The notes under the pieces are model-generated. The model was given only the letters and a program-made list of their open reading frames with translations, was not told where the DNA came from and did no database searches. This document shows positions 21,921 to 34,414 of a stretch of 64,000 nt of DNA, piece by piece (the first letter of the stretch is position 1; each line of letters opens with the position of its first letter). Made by a program: the position numbers and the translations under genes. Source of the DNA: Orbicella franksi (Eukaryota); assembly GCA_964199315.1 (NCBI GenBank), contig OZ116700.1, positions 3,472,001 through 3,536,000 of the forward strand, in the 5' to 3' direction.

Positions 21921-22920
21921 CTCACTTGTAACTAGGCAGGACAATTAAAAAATGAATCGTGACGGAAATTTAGTAGTTTTGTTTTCAAAATAATCTTGAT
22001 AATTTTTTTTAAGCTCTTTGTAATAGCAAGGCTAAGTGGTGTCGGGACAGAACTCTCCTAAATTGAGAAACTACAAATTATCGAAGGATATTTCATAGCC
22101 CTTTTATTGCCCGGGTAGACATCAAGCTACCGGTGTTACCCAATCTGCGTGCCTTTTTATTAGAAGGATAATTAATTATCGCCTATACTGGAGTCCACGT
22201 TGATTTAATGCCCAGATAAAGAAGAAAGGGTACAAAAACATTTGAAAGCCTTTCGTATTGTTGAAGACAAATGAATGTCGGGATGACAAAAACTTGTCTC
22301 TACTGATGTCACCAGCCGGACGAAGCTAAGTCCAGTTTTTTTTTTTTAAATTACAATGTTATTTTGTTCATGTATTGCTTAAGGTGTATCTAAGGTTTTT
22401 GATTTCTGAAGATACTGTACAATTTTTATCTTTTTTTTTTCTTAATTTATCTGAGAAAGCACACTGTGTTTTTATAGTTTTGAAAAAGTAGATAACAGTT
22501 TTAAAATTGCCTTTTTTATCTAAAAATCACTCAAGAGTTTTGGTTCAAAAGGCGTTCTTGTTCCTTTTTAAAATTTTTAATCACGCCAGGACACTGCATC
22601 AATCTTTCTCACCTCTGACAGACAAAAAGAAGACAGGACTGTCATTTTTCCCTGTCGTGGATGCAGTTCAAAAAACCTCATTGAGATACCGGCGGATGTG
22701 TTTATTAGTACAGTTTTCTCTGCCTTTCTTGTGTAAAGGAAATCTTTAAAGACGTCGTTTTTCTTGACTGAAACCGTGAATGGGTTGAAACCAATCAAAG
22801 GGAAGGCATTGTCGTTTCATCCAATCAGGTGTAAAGCTAAACCAGTTTTTCACATGCTTGCCACTCACGTCTTTCTCTATCGGCTGCAGTTATTGGTTCG
22901 GCTCTTATTATCAATGATAG

Positions 22921-23068
22921 AATAGGCCACGTTCGACATATCAATATTCTAATTTCAGGACAAACTTCTATATTTTCTTTATGTCCAAGGCTCTTTTGGG
23001 AATTGAGGGACAAAATTTGAAAGCCTCGGAATCATGTTAGAATATTGATATATCGAACGTGGCCTATT
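22921..23068. mobile_element. MITE with ~32-bp TIRs
   Basis: aataggccacgttcgacatatcaatattctaa / ttagaatattgatatatcgaacgtggcctatt. Confidence 0.85.
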
Positions 23069-23252
23069 GCACTCAGTTCGCATAGTCCTTTACTCTCCAG
23101 CCTTGATTACTGGTCATAACAAATCTGATGTATTCTCTGATTCGACTCTCATCGTTGCCTGTCTTTTCACTGTTAAACCACGAGAAAATTATATAGTTTA
23201 TCTTTGAGATCACAGATTCTTGACGCTATCCTTTAATTTAACTTTCTATCAC

Positions 23253-23692
23253 TTATTAGTAGAATTCTACTTGAACACTTAGGCAAATGCTGCAATCTGA
23301 TTGGCTGAACCACTGCACACTATCAGCCATTAGTGGCTTGGTGTGGTCGATAAAATTTCAACGTTTTCTCGTTTCTCCGAAATTTTGAAAGAACATTTAA
23401 AAACAACAGGATAATTGAATTCCTGAGAAGACTGAAAAAGGATATTCACGGTTTCTGGAATTAAAAAAAAAACTCAAACTGACAACTCAGTCGGCGCGAA
23501 TTCTCTAACGCGAGAAGTTTAATATTGAGACCAGAAATGTTTGGAATCGTTATTTGAGGCAAATTTCAGTTAGAATTCTTCTAAAGCAATTAGATTATTC
23601 GCTCGAGATTTCTATGAGGTGATAGTTGATTCGGTCTTCGGCCTCATCAACTATCACCTCATAGAAATCTCGAGCTCATAATCTAATTGTTA
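23253..23692. mobile_element. Non-autonomous element ending in a ~100-bp hairpin with a cggtcttcggcc centre
   Basis: aattagattattcgctcgagatttctatgaggtgatagttga / tcaactatcacctcatagaaatctcgagctcataatctaatt. Confidence 0.7.
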
Positions 23693-24093
23693 ATTATTAT
23701 TCTATTAACTTTCTCCTAATAACAAGAGACTGGTTGTCGGCAGGCACCGAAACTGACCAAAAGTCGTCGTAAAAAGCTTTTTTATATATGCTATTAACGT
23801 TCAAATAATATAAGGTGCTAACAGAAAGCCAGGTAAGGAATCAGAAGATACTCGCGGTCAGTAATATTCAATAACATGTCTAAGATGTCTACAAAGTTCT
23901 AACACAACGAGCTAAGTTTTGATAAATCAGGCATGCAAAGTAAGATTATTTTTGAGAAACCCAAAATATTCACCCAGCTATTGACCCTTGTCAAAGTAAT
24001 CAACATAGGTTACAACTTAGGTTACAATTTACATTAAATTAAATCACCATGGGTTACATTGGATCATGTGATCTGTCATGTGATCAGTCATGT

Positions 24094-26133
24094 TCAATAC
24101 ATGAACCAGCCCTGTACTGTAAAGCAAACTTTTCCATCGTTTTTTTTCCCGCCTGAATTCATCAGGTCTTCTGCAAGCCACACACGCAGCTCCTGGCCGG
24201 AAGCAACGTAATGCGGATGTGACGAATCTCCAAAGATTAGTTCTGGTGAGTCGGGTTCCACTTCTGGTATATCGTACCACAGAGATTCTCCTTTATCCCT
24301 CAGAGACAATTCCGTCGGGTAGATGATGCTGTTAGTTTTCCCCGTTGTTATGACGACGTTGAACGGCGTTCCACCATACACTGGATGACTTCGAGGACAT
24401 CCCCACTTACTCTTGTACTGAGGCAAGCTTTTGTCGCATGAAACCTGACCAGTCACGTGTACCAGTTTGATTGACAGAAGAAAGCCTTCCATTGGGATCA
24501 CAGCAGTCGCAAACTCGTTGCCAGGGGTACCAAAACAAACAACGTCTGTGAGGTTTAACCATCTTTCTGTAAAATGTTTATGCATGACAAACATTAATCG
24601 TTAGGTCTGTAGTGTAGATATTATGACTTTTCCTCAATGTGGTTTATTTTTGTGTAACCCGAGGACATCTCTGTCTCTTCCCTGATGTTACCCCCTTGTA
24701 ATAAAGACACTGCAGTTTTAAACCTTAATTCGTCTGATATTCCAAATACCAGTTCTTGGTTACTGGCTGCTAAATAACTTCTCTTGTACGTTAGTTTAGT
24801 CGAAAAATTCGTCTGATACTCTGTTGTTAACTGAACCTACATTCTCAATAATTATTTTTTTATTGGCATAGAGAATTTTAGCACAGTTGTTAATTTAAGC
24901 CATCTTAACTGAATAAGGCTGATTGGAGTATAAAAATTATAACTTACGTGGGCAAACTCCAATACCAACAACTGACTTTGAAGCTCGGCCAATTTAAAAT
25001 TGCATATGGAGTTTATTCTTTCAAAATTAATGGGGGAAACCCTATAGTGAGCGACGCTAGTTCACATTTGTAGCTTGGTAGTGATAAAGATCCCCAGATT
25101 TAATGGCTTATACAGGATGAATATTACAAGTCATGTTTTAAGAAAAACGATAGGTCTAGACAGTTGTGCAATTAGTTGGATGGCTGGACTTTCTGTGTTT
25201 ATTTTGACCAACATTCTAGGTCTGTCTGACGACTCAAGACAGCTGCTTGTCACTTAAAAGAAATGATATGTGATGTTTTTTTCCGTTTTTTTTTTTTTTG
25301 GAAAATCGACTCCAGAGATTTTGTGATAAGGAATTCCGAAAATTGCGCAAGTTCATTACCTTCGTGACTAGCATTCTCGTTTTGCGATAAAACTGTTCGC
25401 AAAACATACAACGCTTAGCGGCGCACATAACCTGAGATAAAACCTGGTACGGTTCTGACCAGCGATGAAATCAGAAACACAAGCATAATGGGGCAAGCAC
25501 AAGACTGTATACAAACACTGAGATACGAAAGAGCAAGAACAGGGATCAAAACATTTTGATGCATTCGCTTCGGCTTCCCAGTGCTTGTATGACTCTTTTC
25601 CTTGGGCTTGTGTTTGAAGTTATTACCTGGGTTGCTAGTGAAAACGAGGCATAAGCGGCTGCCCCCTCTGGTTTTGAACTGGGTTTCAAATGGAAACCCG
25701 CGCGCATTCTTTCGTGTTTTGAACTGTTTACTACCATGAAGGTCGTTCCATTAACCGAGTAGAAATGCTCCTAGTTGCGTCATGGTACAGAAACTGGGAT
25801 AAGCTCCGGCCTGATGGGCCACTTGGCTCGTGTACAGACTTAACCTACCTTTCCATTTTTCAAAATTCGTTACAATTTAATACCCACCTTGAAAACCGCC
25901 TGTTTCCTAAACTAAAGGAGTCTATTCGAGGCGTAATGTTGGCACTACATACCTGTTTCGTAAGATTGGCAAAACTTCATGAAGTCTTGAATAAACACAA
26001 AACGTTCGCTGACCAAAACTCTGTCCATGCCCTTCAGAAAACTTGGTTTCAGCAACGCGGGCTTAGCGCCGTTGCATGCAGACACAAAGCAAGCCGCTAC
26101 AGCTAGAAAAGCCAATAAACTTGGAATCTTCAT
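24094..26133 (-). CDS. Secreted protein A (217 aa): signal peptide + short helix + cnidarian-type Cys/Trp globular domain
   Basis: Exon 1 26133-25953 (MKIPSLLAFLAVAACFVSACNG signal peptide, phase-1 GTATGT donor). Exon 2 24566-24094 (ttttacag acceptor, phase 1, TGA). Domain motifs CFG, KLVHxxGxVxC, SKWGC, DSPELIF, GQELRVW, EDL, NDGxVC are shared with the paralogue at 33229. Confidence 0.85.
25759..25846 (+). mobile_element. SINE S1 3' fragment in the intron of secreted protein A
   Basis: gtagaaatgctcctagttgcgtcatggtacagaaactgggataagctccggcctgatgggccacttggctcgt. Confidence 0.75.
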
Positions 26134-28676
26134 GATCTTAGATGGGAATTGTGACCGCAGCCTTAGAAGCGCTCTGCTGGTGAATACAGCTTAACCTTAA
26201 CTAAAAAATATCCGGGAACGACCGTGAGCAGGACAGTTGATAGGAATGCTATGACATCAGAGACGTCCTTTACATCTTTTTTTTTGCAAATCGTGCCGGA
26301 GTTCACCACTAATCTGACTGAGAATGCAGGGACAGATTCTTTTTTTTATTTCGTTAAAATTGAGATCTTTTAAATAGCTCACTTAAAGTGAGTGGGCGGT
26401 CGTCACAAAAGGATAATCTTGACTTGCGTTTCGTTTTATAAATGGCAAATCCGATGTGGCATCTGTGACATGTGACTGAACATAACTTGGCTTGACCGTT
26501 TAAACAAGTTCACCAAGTTACGTAACAATTCGAAGAACGTAAATTCTTTTAAGTTAAATTAACTGTACAATCGCTGGCCATATTTTACTGTTTGCCAGCC
26601 GGCCTCCGAGGAATATTATCCAAATTTCCAACCCTTTGCCCACTGGTTCCCTTTCTTGGCTTCTCAAAATTTAAGACATGTCAAAAAAAGGTAAAATACG
26701 CGCAAATATCGCAGAAAACCAGAGCACTATTTTGACGAAGATATTCGTGAAAGGTTACTTGACCAAACTACCGGGTTTCCATAACATTTTGTCAGTCCGA
26801 TTTGGGTTGATCACTCTAAACGGTGACCAAATTCAAGAAGTTCTTAAGATACGGTCTGATCAACTTCCACGACTTCGTCGAATACTAAATTCACTCCGGT
26901 TGTCTAGCCGGTCACTGACATTCAGTTTGAAAACCTATCCTAGATCGGGATGCCCCTTAGCGCACGCAAAGATTTTCGTCCCTTGAACATATTGAAAGAG
27001 CGCCTTTGAAGAATAAGAGGTTTAGATTCAGTTACTCTAGAGGCATTATTTATTGCGCTTGAAACTCTTCTCGATATTTTTTCGGTGCTCTTACAAGATG
27101 TTCTCGAGTATAATCAGTTCAAAAAATACAGTCTTTTTTCTTGTAACAATGTTTTCTTTTCCAAAACTCTAAGCTTCTTATGGACAGAATGGGGATGTTA
27201 AAGACACTAACTTATAACTTTTAAGCCTTGACGTAGAAGAGTCACAGAGCACGAATTCATGTTTTTTCAGCCGTGAACTCGCAATTAACTGTACCAAGGT
27301 AGATAAGCATTTTTACTTAGAGAGGATCAAACTGATTGAAGGTTTTCTTTTTCTAATTATGGTATTCGCCGAAGGCAATAGCAGGGAAACAGATGGAGCA
27401 GTCACTTGAAGAAGCTTTAAACACTTCTCGGATACCGCGTGAAAGAAAAGAAAATTATCTTTTTGACGTAAATTCTTTGTGCAAGCGAATCTGCGATAGA
27501 AGCACCGAGGCTTCAGGATAAAACCAGGGTAGAGGATCATGTATACCTCAATCCTGGTATGCTTGGAATAAACAGGCGAACATTCATTTCAAGTTTGTCG
27601 TTTATAATCTGTGTTCATCTTTGTCAGTAGAAACCATTCGTGTTATTTACAGCTTACCGTCATTTCTTTGGTGTTTCTCTACCTTAGAAAACCAACATTT
27701 TAAGGCTTCCTCCGGGTTTGAAAGTAATTTTGTCCATCCAGGAAACACGACTTGATGTACCGTGGCACATTACGTGTCGGCTCCATTGATGAGACATGAG
27801 AGCATAAGCTGAGCTACAAGAAGATGGACATATAGTTTATTTTACTGATCCTTTGAGAGATCGCAGTGGATTATTCCTTTAATTCAGGACGTTCTTATAT
27901 ATTTTGTTTTAGATTTCGATCAATTGGTTCAAAAACAAAACTTAAACCGTTTAACGTGAGCTAAAAATACGAGCACTGCACAGCTCGCGTAGACCGCACT
28001 CAAGAGCAAATACATGGCAGACGAATCTGTTCGCTATATATAAAGAAAATATTTTCTTGGTGAAACTGAATTAGATTAATGGTCTGGTCTCAAAGACGGA
28101 GATAAATCCAAGAATTAAGATAAGAAAAGGCAAAAAGAAAAGAAAGTGATTTTATAAAAACCGTTGCGAACGATTTGTGGCTCGGTCGCTTGAGAACCTC
28201 TTGTGAGTACGTTTGTCGGGTACAAGGTTCAAATATCACGTTTCTGGGTTACTAAATAAATCGCCTCAAACTTCCAACCTTTCTTTCGATTCCGAGGACC
28301 GATTTCAGGTATTTGCTAGCGCAAACAGCGGGTCATTTGCCCAAAATCGATGGAACCTTACACCTAAATATAATGTCGTACCCCACAAACCGCGGACAGA
28401 ACAAGATTTGTTGCCCTTGCACAAATTAACCGGAACAGCTCTTGTTTTTCCGGATAGATTCATGTTTCCCTTGGCGTATTGCCGTTGAAAAGCAAGTTTG
28501 CCGACAAACTGAAATTAGATTGTAAAAAGAGAGAGTCTCGGTACGGAAAATTGGGTCAATCATCAAGTCAGTAATTGCGCAAAATTTCCGTTGGATTATA
28601 ACGGTGTGGTTCTTGTCCAGTGAGCACGGTGTGGTTCTTGTCCACTGTATTTACGAAAAAAGCTCTTTGTTCTACC

Positions 28677-28763
28677 CCCGGGGGGGGGGGGGCACTGCCA
28701 TATATGGGTTATATAGGTTTGTGCCGCTGTGAAGGGTATGGTTTTCAAGCAGTTAACTCTAGG

Positions 28764-28802
<39 letters not shown>

Positions 28803-28832
28803 GTATAATTTTTCACACAACTGACTAGTTGG

Positions 28833-28869
<37 letters not shown>

Positions 28870-29062
28870 TCACTCAAAAGTATAAAAAAATCAAATCGGC
28901 AAGTTTAAACTTACGCAAATCAGCCTCAACAGTGTCGATAGATGGGGGGATTTGGGGAGTTTACTCTAGAATAGGGTAGCAAAATTCTGCTGAACTAGTT
29001 CTGGGTTCCAGAGTCCCAGCGGCACACCCCTACCCAGAAATTCCCAAAGTAACCCCCCCGGG
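28677..29062. mobile_element. Non-autonomous DNA transposon with CCCGGG termini and a perfect 8-bp TSD
   Basis: GTTCTACC at 28669-28676 and 29063-29070; internal homology with 5020-5479 (tatatgggttatataggt...aagggtatggtttt...tagggtat). Confidence 0.9.
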
Positions 29063-31197
29063 GTTCTACCACGTTTTATCTAAGTAAATTACTATTATTT
29101 CCCTGTCAACCATCAAGTACGAGTGTGGGAGATTTAGCGTTAGGATAACGGCACGAAAGTTAGGTGTTGATCTTCTACAGCTAAGATTTACCGTTGAGTC
29201 TGCATACAAGTGGTACGGGGTGGTAGGTCAGTGAAACAAAGGCCTTTTTATCTACCTGAACGTTAAAACAAGAAGCAAACAAGCCACTGGAAGACATAGA
29301 GCTTGTCAGAGCGGAAGTTTTTATCAGCTGTTTAGTGCATTATTATTTTTATTTAGTTTATCCCACTTCCGTCTGGATAAAGGTACAACGCATGCACGAT
29401 GAAGAATCCAAATTTACAACGCGACTTGCCTCTTTCATTTAACACTTCAACATTCATGACTTTGACAATGTATTAGATATGTAATTCCTAGAGAGTGAAG
29501 CAATATTCCGCTATATTATTTAATCAAGGCTACGTCAGAGATTCTAGGGGTGCAATGTTTATTGCGTGCATTTTGAGCCAAACTTTTTTTCTGTGCAGTG
29601 GACGTGAATCTCCCGCAAGGTTCGCTCCAGCTGAGTTCTAAACACAATAAAGATTTGCATTACGTAATTTCTGGTGGGCTGGAAAATTCCAACATCCCCC
29701 AAACGCGAGGCACAAAATAATGTTAACAGCTTTAAATACTTTTCATTTTATTCGAACGAAGTAAACACATTGATATGAAGTACTTTTGTCACGTTAGCTG
29801 GGCCCGTGTTTTCGTCTGTGTGAATGTTCCGTTTAGTAGACCAAAAACCCGGGACCTAACACGTGCGCGGGGGCGATCTTTGGGTTAAATTCGCGTTTGT
29901 TTTCTTTGCGTTCATAAAATTCCAACTCGACAAGAAACAAGCCAGCACGAAGAATTAGGGTACAGTATCATTCAGCTTTCAGTGCAGCGCCAAGATAAAA
30001 AAGCGATTTGTAACCCGATTTCGTTCAACAAGTTAAAACAACGCAACAAATGGAGTACTAAAACAACCCACAAATGCGCGACATTACAAGGAAAAGAAGA
30101 TTTTAAACAAAGCTATCTTTAGAGTTTGACCCCAAGTGTCAATCAAAAGAACAATGGAAAGGACCACGTCTTCTTCATGAAAACTACGACTTACGTGGTA
30201 GAAGAACCTTTAGCAAAACTTTCCTCTGAAAATGGGTCGTGCAAACTATTTGCCATAAAACTTTTGAAGCCGGCTCTGTACATGAAAAAAATAGAGTTGT
30301 GTACGCGAATGTTTTAGATCATTCTCTAGTAACCGTTCTCTAATTGTTCTTAAGTAGGACAGCAGGAGCAGTCAATTTTATGTACGTCATAAATTATATA
30401 GAAGGAAAATCTGTCGTGTTTTTGTTGTCTATTTTGTTCTACAAAAACAAAGGATTTGCCGAATGATCTAAAACATTTGCCTCCAGAAAACTGAAAATAT
30501 TTAGAACATGCTCTGTTCCCTTCTTAGGTATTTCTCAATTACGTGGCAAGCAAACAATAAATCCCGCAAGAATAACATGCTGGGAATACCTGCTCTTTAA
30601 ACTGAACAGCGGCATGTTTTGCAAAGCGTTCAATTCCTACTTCCGAAACCAAAATTTCCAGAGATGTATGGGCTTTTTGAATAACATCGATAGTGCAAAT
30701 AGTTTGCGGCATAATTTCGAAATGTTAGTGTGTTCTGGTCTGCGGGACAAAGAGTGAAAATACACGGTGTTGTAGTCAAGAAGATCAATGTATTCAAGCA
30801 AAATAATTCCTGATCTTAAAATTTTCCCTGGTGACTTACAAAAGCTCCGAAACTCTGACCGTGAAACTGACACGTTGATTTGTTACAATATAATCAGTAT
30901 TTTTGGCCTTGGTTTAGGTGTGATATCCTCAAAAATATCGCTGCCTTTTATCTACCCCCCGTGCAATAATCCTCTGGACAGACAAATCCGTTGTCATCGA
31001 ATTTCAAAGGAAGCGTTAAAGCAGACGGATCTGCGCAGTTTGTCTTCAGCCGATGAAAACCTCTTAACAGCTCCAGGCGCAAATTGTATTTTAAAAGCGC
31101 GCTACTAAGCCCCCTTCCTCATTTAACACTGATAAAGATCATCTAAGGGCCGCACGTCAGAGAGCACGGACGAAGCTACAGCCTCAGCGAAATCAAC

Positions 31198-33713
31198 ATG
31201 GTGAATTTCCTTCTGTTATTTAGCGCGATAGCCTCTCTGTTCTACCAAGGCTCGTCCGCGAGTAATGGATGTTGCAGCAAATTTTCCCAGCAGCAAGAAG
31301 TACAGCTGAGGACATTACTCAAGCAAGAGGCAGGCTCTTTAAGACAGGGAATGCAAAAGATGTGTCCTAAAATGCCAAGTAAGACCCTAGTTTGTTAGCC
31401 TAGCTCGTCAAAACCAGACACTATTATAGGCCTGTATAACGCTCTCTTTATCTAAATCACAGTTTTCAAGATTAGTTTTAAAGAAGTTTATTTTATTGCG
31501 TCGTGGTTTTTCGGCACGAGCCCCTTATCAGCCAGATTTCATTGCATAATCGAAAAACCTTGCCATTTCGCTCTCTCTTTATGAGAATTACCTCGGCCAG
31601 TAACGAGTCGAGTGCATTAATTATTTTCTGACTGAAAAGCGATTTATCCAGTTTTCGTAGCATACCAAGTTTTCTTAGAATCTGAGATGTTATCAAAACT
31701 ATTCCCAAAAAGGCCCGTCAATTTTCGTCCAAAGGTGGATGAAACTTTTTAATTGTAAATATGCTTCAGACAGCCTTAAGGGCAATTAATGATATAAGCG
31801 ACATCGGATACCTTTTTAGTCTCACATTTGATATCCCTCAAGAATGACGTATAAAGGGATCGTAAAATTTTTAGTGAAAAAACGCAGTTCGTTTTTTTTA
31901 TTTTTAGTTGGATTAGAACCAAGAACCCTTTACCTTGAGGGAACACGAATCAAATGATGTTTGTGATCTTTCTTAATCTTCCCTAAGCTAAAAAAAATCT
32001 CCATTCCTGGTTCTTATTTAATTAATTGTCAGCTACCGCCCTGGCATTTTTTTTTTTTTTTACTTTTTGTTTTTTTACTCAACTAAGCTGATAATATTTT
32101 GAGGTTCCCTAAAGCCTGAAGACAATGATCATGACCTGAATTTCTTTTCGTGCTTTCCTCCGAGAAACGAGCTGTTACGCCGGGCCAAAGTTTAAAATGC
32201 GTAGGATGTCTCTTTGATTAACACTTTGACGCAGTAGCCTTGAAGAAAGACATTACTTAAGCTAATCAATGCGTTGTATAATCTCTTCCAATCCGTCGGA
32301 TTTCGGGCAAATAACAATTTGTGTTTAAAATATTGGAAGTAACAATACGGAGGTACGGTGGAGAATGAAAAAAAAAAAAAAAACTCTTGCCCTGTGCATA
32401 GACTCTTGTTCTGTTTTGTCTCCTTCGCAATTCGGACGTTCTCAGTTTTCGCTTGGCTCTGCGGGGCGGCGCTCATTCAGTTCCACACAACAGCGTCATC
32501 ATTTCCTTGCTACGGCTGCCATACGCGATAACGCCCCGTCCACACTGCGCCGGAAAAATTTATAAACGCAGCTTTATTTCTACGGTTAGGCCTACCGTCC
32601 ACACTAATCCGCCACGAAAACGGAGCTTTTCGAAAACGCTCTTCAGACCCAGTGCTTCAGACCGGAGGATTTTGAAAACACAGGTTTTTCGCTTTCGATT
32701 CGACGGAAAACATTTTGTAAATGGGGCTTTTCGAAAACGATGGTGCCACGATAATCGTGTAGTAATTTTCCTGCCCACAATGACCGATGTTTGTTGCGTT
32801 TTCAAATTTCTCCGGCGTAGTGTGGACAGAAAAATTTGATGCGTTTTCAGAGTGAAGATGCCGTTTTCAAATTTCTCTGACGTTATGTGGACGGAAAACA
32901 TGTGATGCGTTTTCAGAGTGAAAACAACGTTTTTAAATTTCTCTGACGTTATGTGCACGGAAAACATGTGATGCGTTTTCAGAGTTGAAACACCGTTATT
33001 ACATTTCTCTGGCGTGTTATTGACACTTAATATTAGCGCTGTACTTTGTATTTAATAATGGAAATAAAAATGTGGAAAAAAAAAAATTTCCCTGGCGTTA
33101 TGTGGACGGGGTCTAAACTTGGGCTGACCCTGATCCTCCTTTGTGGACAAGAGCCTGAAACAGGCTTTCTGTTGTTGTTGTTGTTGTTTCTTTATCTCAA
33201 AATAACTTTAGTTATCTCTTGATTTTAGGTCGGTGGAATAGACTAAATGTAACGAAATCCTGCTTCGGTGCCAAAGGTAATAAGCCAGGTAAATTCACCA
33301 TCACAAAGGAAGGCTTTTTGGCTGCTTTCAAAGTGGTACACACTGGAGGTCAGGTGAACTGCGAAAAAGATGACTGCCATGCTAGCCACGGCTCATTCGC
33401 CAGCAAATGGGGATGCTCGACAAGGCACCCATATGTCGGTAAGACTCCCCTGGGTACATTCATTACCACGTCGTCCGACCGGGTTTTGTTTCCGCGCGAG
33501 AAGTTCATCCGGAACAAGTCAATGTCCATGTGGTACGCGCTTCCGGGTTTCGAACCCGATTCTCCGTTCCTTGTCTTCCACGATTTCGCCAACCCGGAAT
33601 TCGTCCAATATGGCCAACAAATAGAAATCTGGTACGGAGAAGATCTGGTCGGTGTCAGCGAAGATGATAATGATGGCGAATCCTGTGTTGAGGTGTTTGC
33701 TTGGTATCTCTAA
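31198..33713 (+). CDS. Secreted protein B (221 aa): signal peptide + CC/coiled-coil stalk + the same Cys/Trp globular domain
   Basis: Exon 1 31198-31378 (MVNFLLLFSAIASLFYQGSSA signal peptide, GTAAG donor, phase 1). Exon 2 33229-33713 (ttttag acceptor, phase 1, TAA). AATAAA at 34213-34218. Clear paralogy with protein A. Confidence 0.88.
32532..33113. mobile_element. PIF/Harbinger-type MITE with TAA TSD and three internal ~61-bp tandem units
   Basis: TAA 32529-32531 and 33114-33116. TIRs gccccgtccacac...aattt / aattt...tgtggacgggg. Repeated aaatttctc(c/t)g(g/a)cgt...gatgcgttttcagagt units. Confidence 0.85.
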
Positions 33714-33769
33714 ATGGACTGAACATGACTTTGAGTTTTAACTCTTTCAAAAAAGCGCTGCAAGTCGAG

Positions 33770-34060
33770 TTGCATACAACTTCCGTGGCAACTTCGGTCG
33801 AAAGTATTTGCAAATGAAACCTAACAAATTCCGATTCACTTCGTTTAATCGGAAAGAGCAAAGCATTACGAAAGTTGTTCGGTCGGCTTGAATTGTTACT
33901 CTCAAGATATGCCCTGTTACCTCGCTACCCGTAAACGAACACCGCTGCTCGGCAGACACGATTCTCGGAGACATAATGCGGACTTCGGTGAAGATGCTGT
34001 TCGCTTGCCCCTCGACTGAACTATCTCGACAAAAGTTGCCACGAAACTTGCAGTCTGTCG
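33770..34060. mobile_element. MITE-like element in the 3'UTR of secreted protein B
   Basis: Inverted ends aacttccgtggcaacttcggtcga / tcgacaaaagttgccacgaaactt. Confidence 0.55.
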
Positions 34061-34414
34061 CAGCGCTAAAAGTTGACTTATAAAAAGTGCGCTTTCTTTT
34101 TTGTGTGTTGTTTAACTTTATAATCGATTTGAATACCATTTTGATCACATTTTCGCTGTAATTATTCGCCTTTTCTAAGTAGTAATAGAGACAGGTGAGG
34201 AAAATTATCAAAAATAAAATTGAAACTCACATCTTGTTAAGTGTATGAGAAACAATGAAAGACCATCAAAGATGATAATTTTCAGAGCAGTGATAAAATG
34301 TTTATTAGCTATATGTTACCCCTGAAGGACAAAGAATAGATCTGAGTCGTGATCTTAGACCTCATCGTGGGTTCGAATCTCGGCGGAGTTATGTCGCCTT
34401 TTCCATCAAATGGT

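Noticed and set aside
25546-25737. ORF in the intron of protein A as an extra exon
   Set aside because: The available acceptor gives phase 2, not phase 1; the phase-1 reading hits TGA; exon 1 to exon 2 already gives a complete protein.
32800-33000. CRISPR-like regularly spaced repeats (also the caagcgcggg and aatcttcggaa arrays)
   Set aside because: Whole units are repeated with no unique spacers; eukaryotic MITE-internal tandem repeats; no cas genes.
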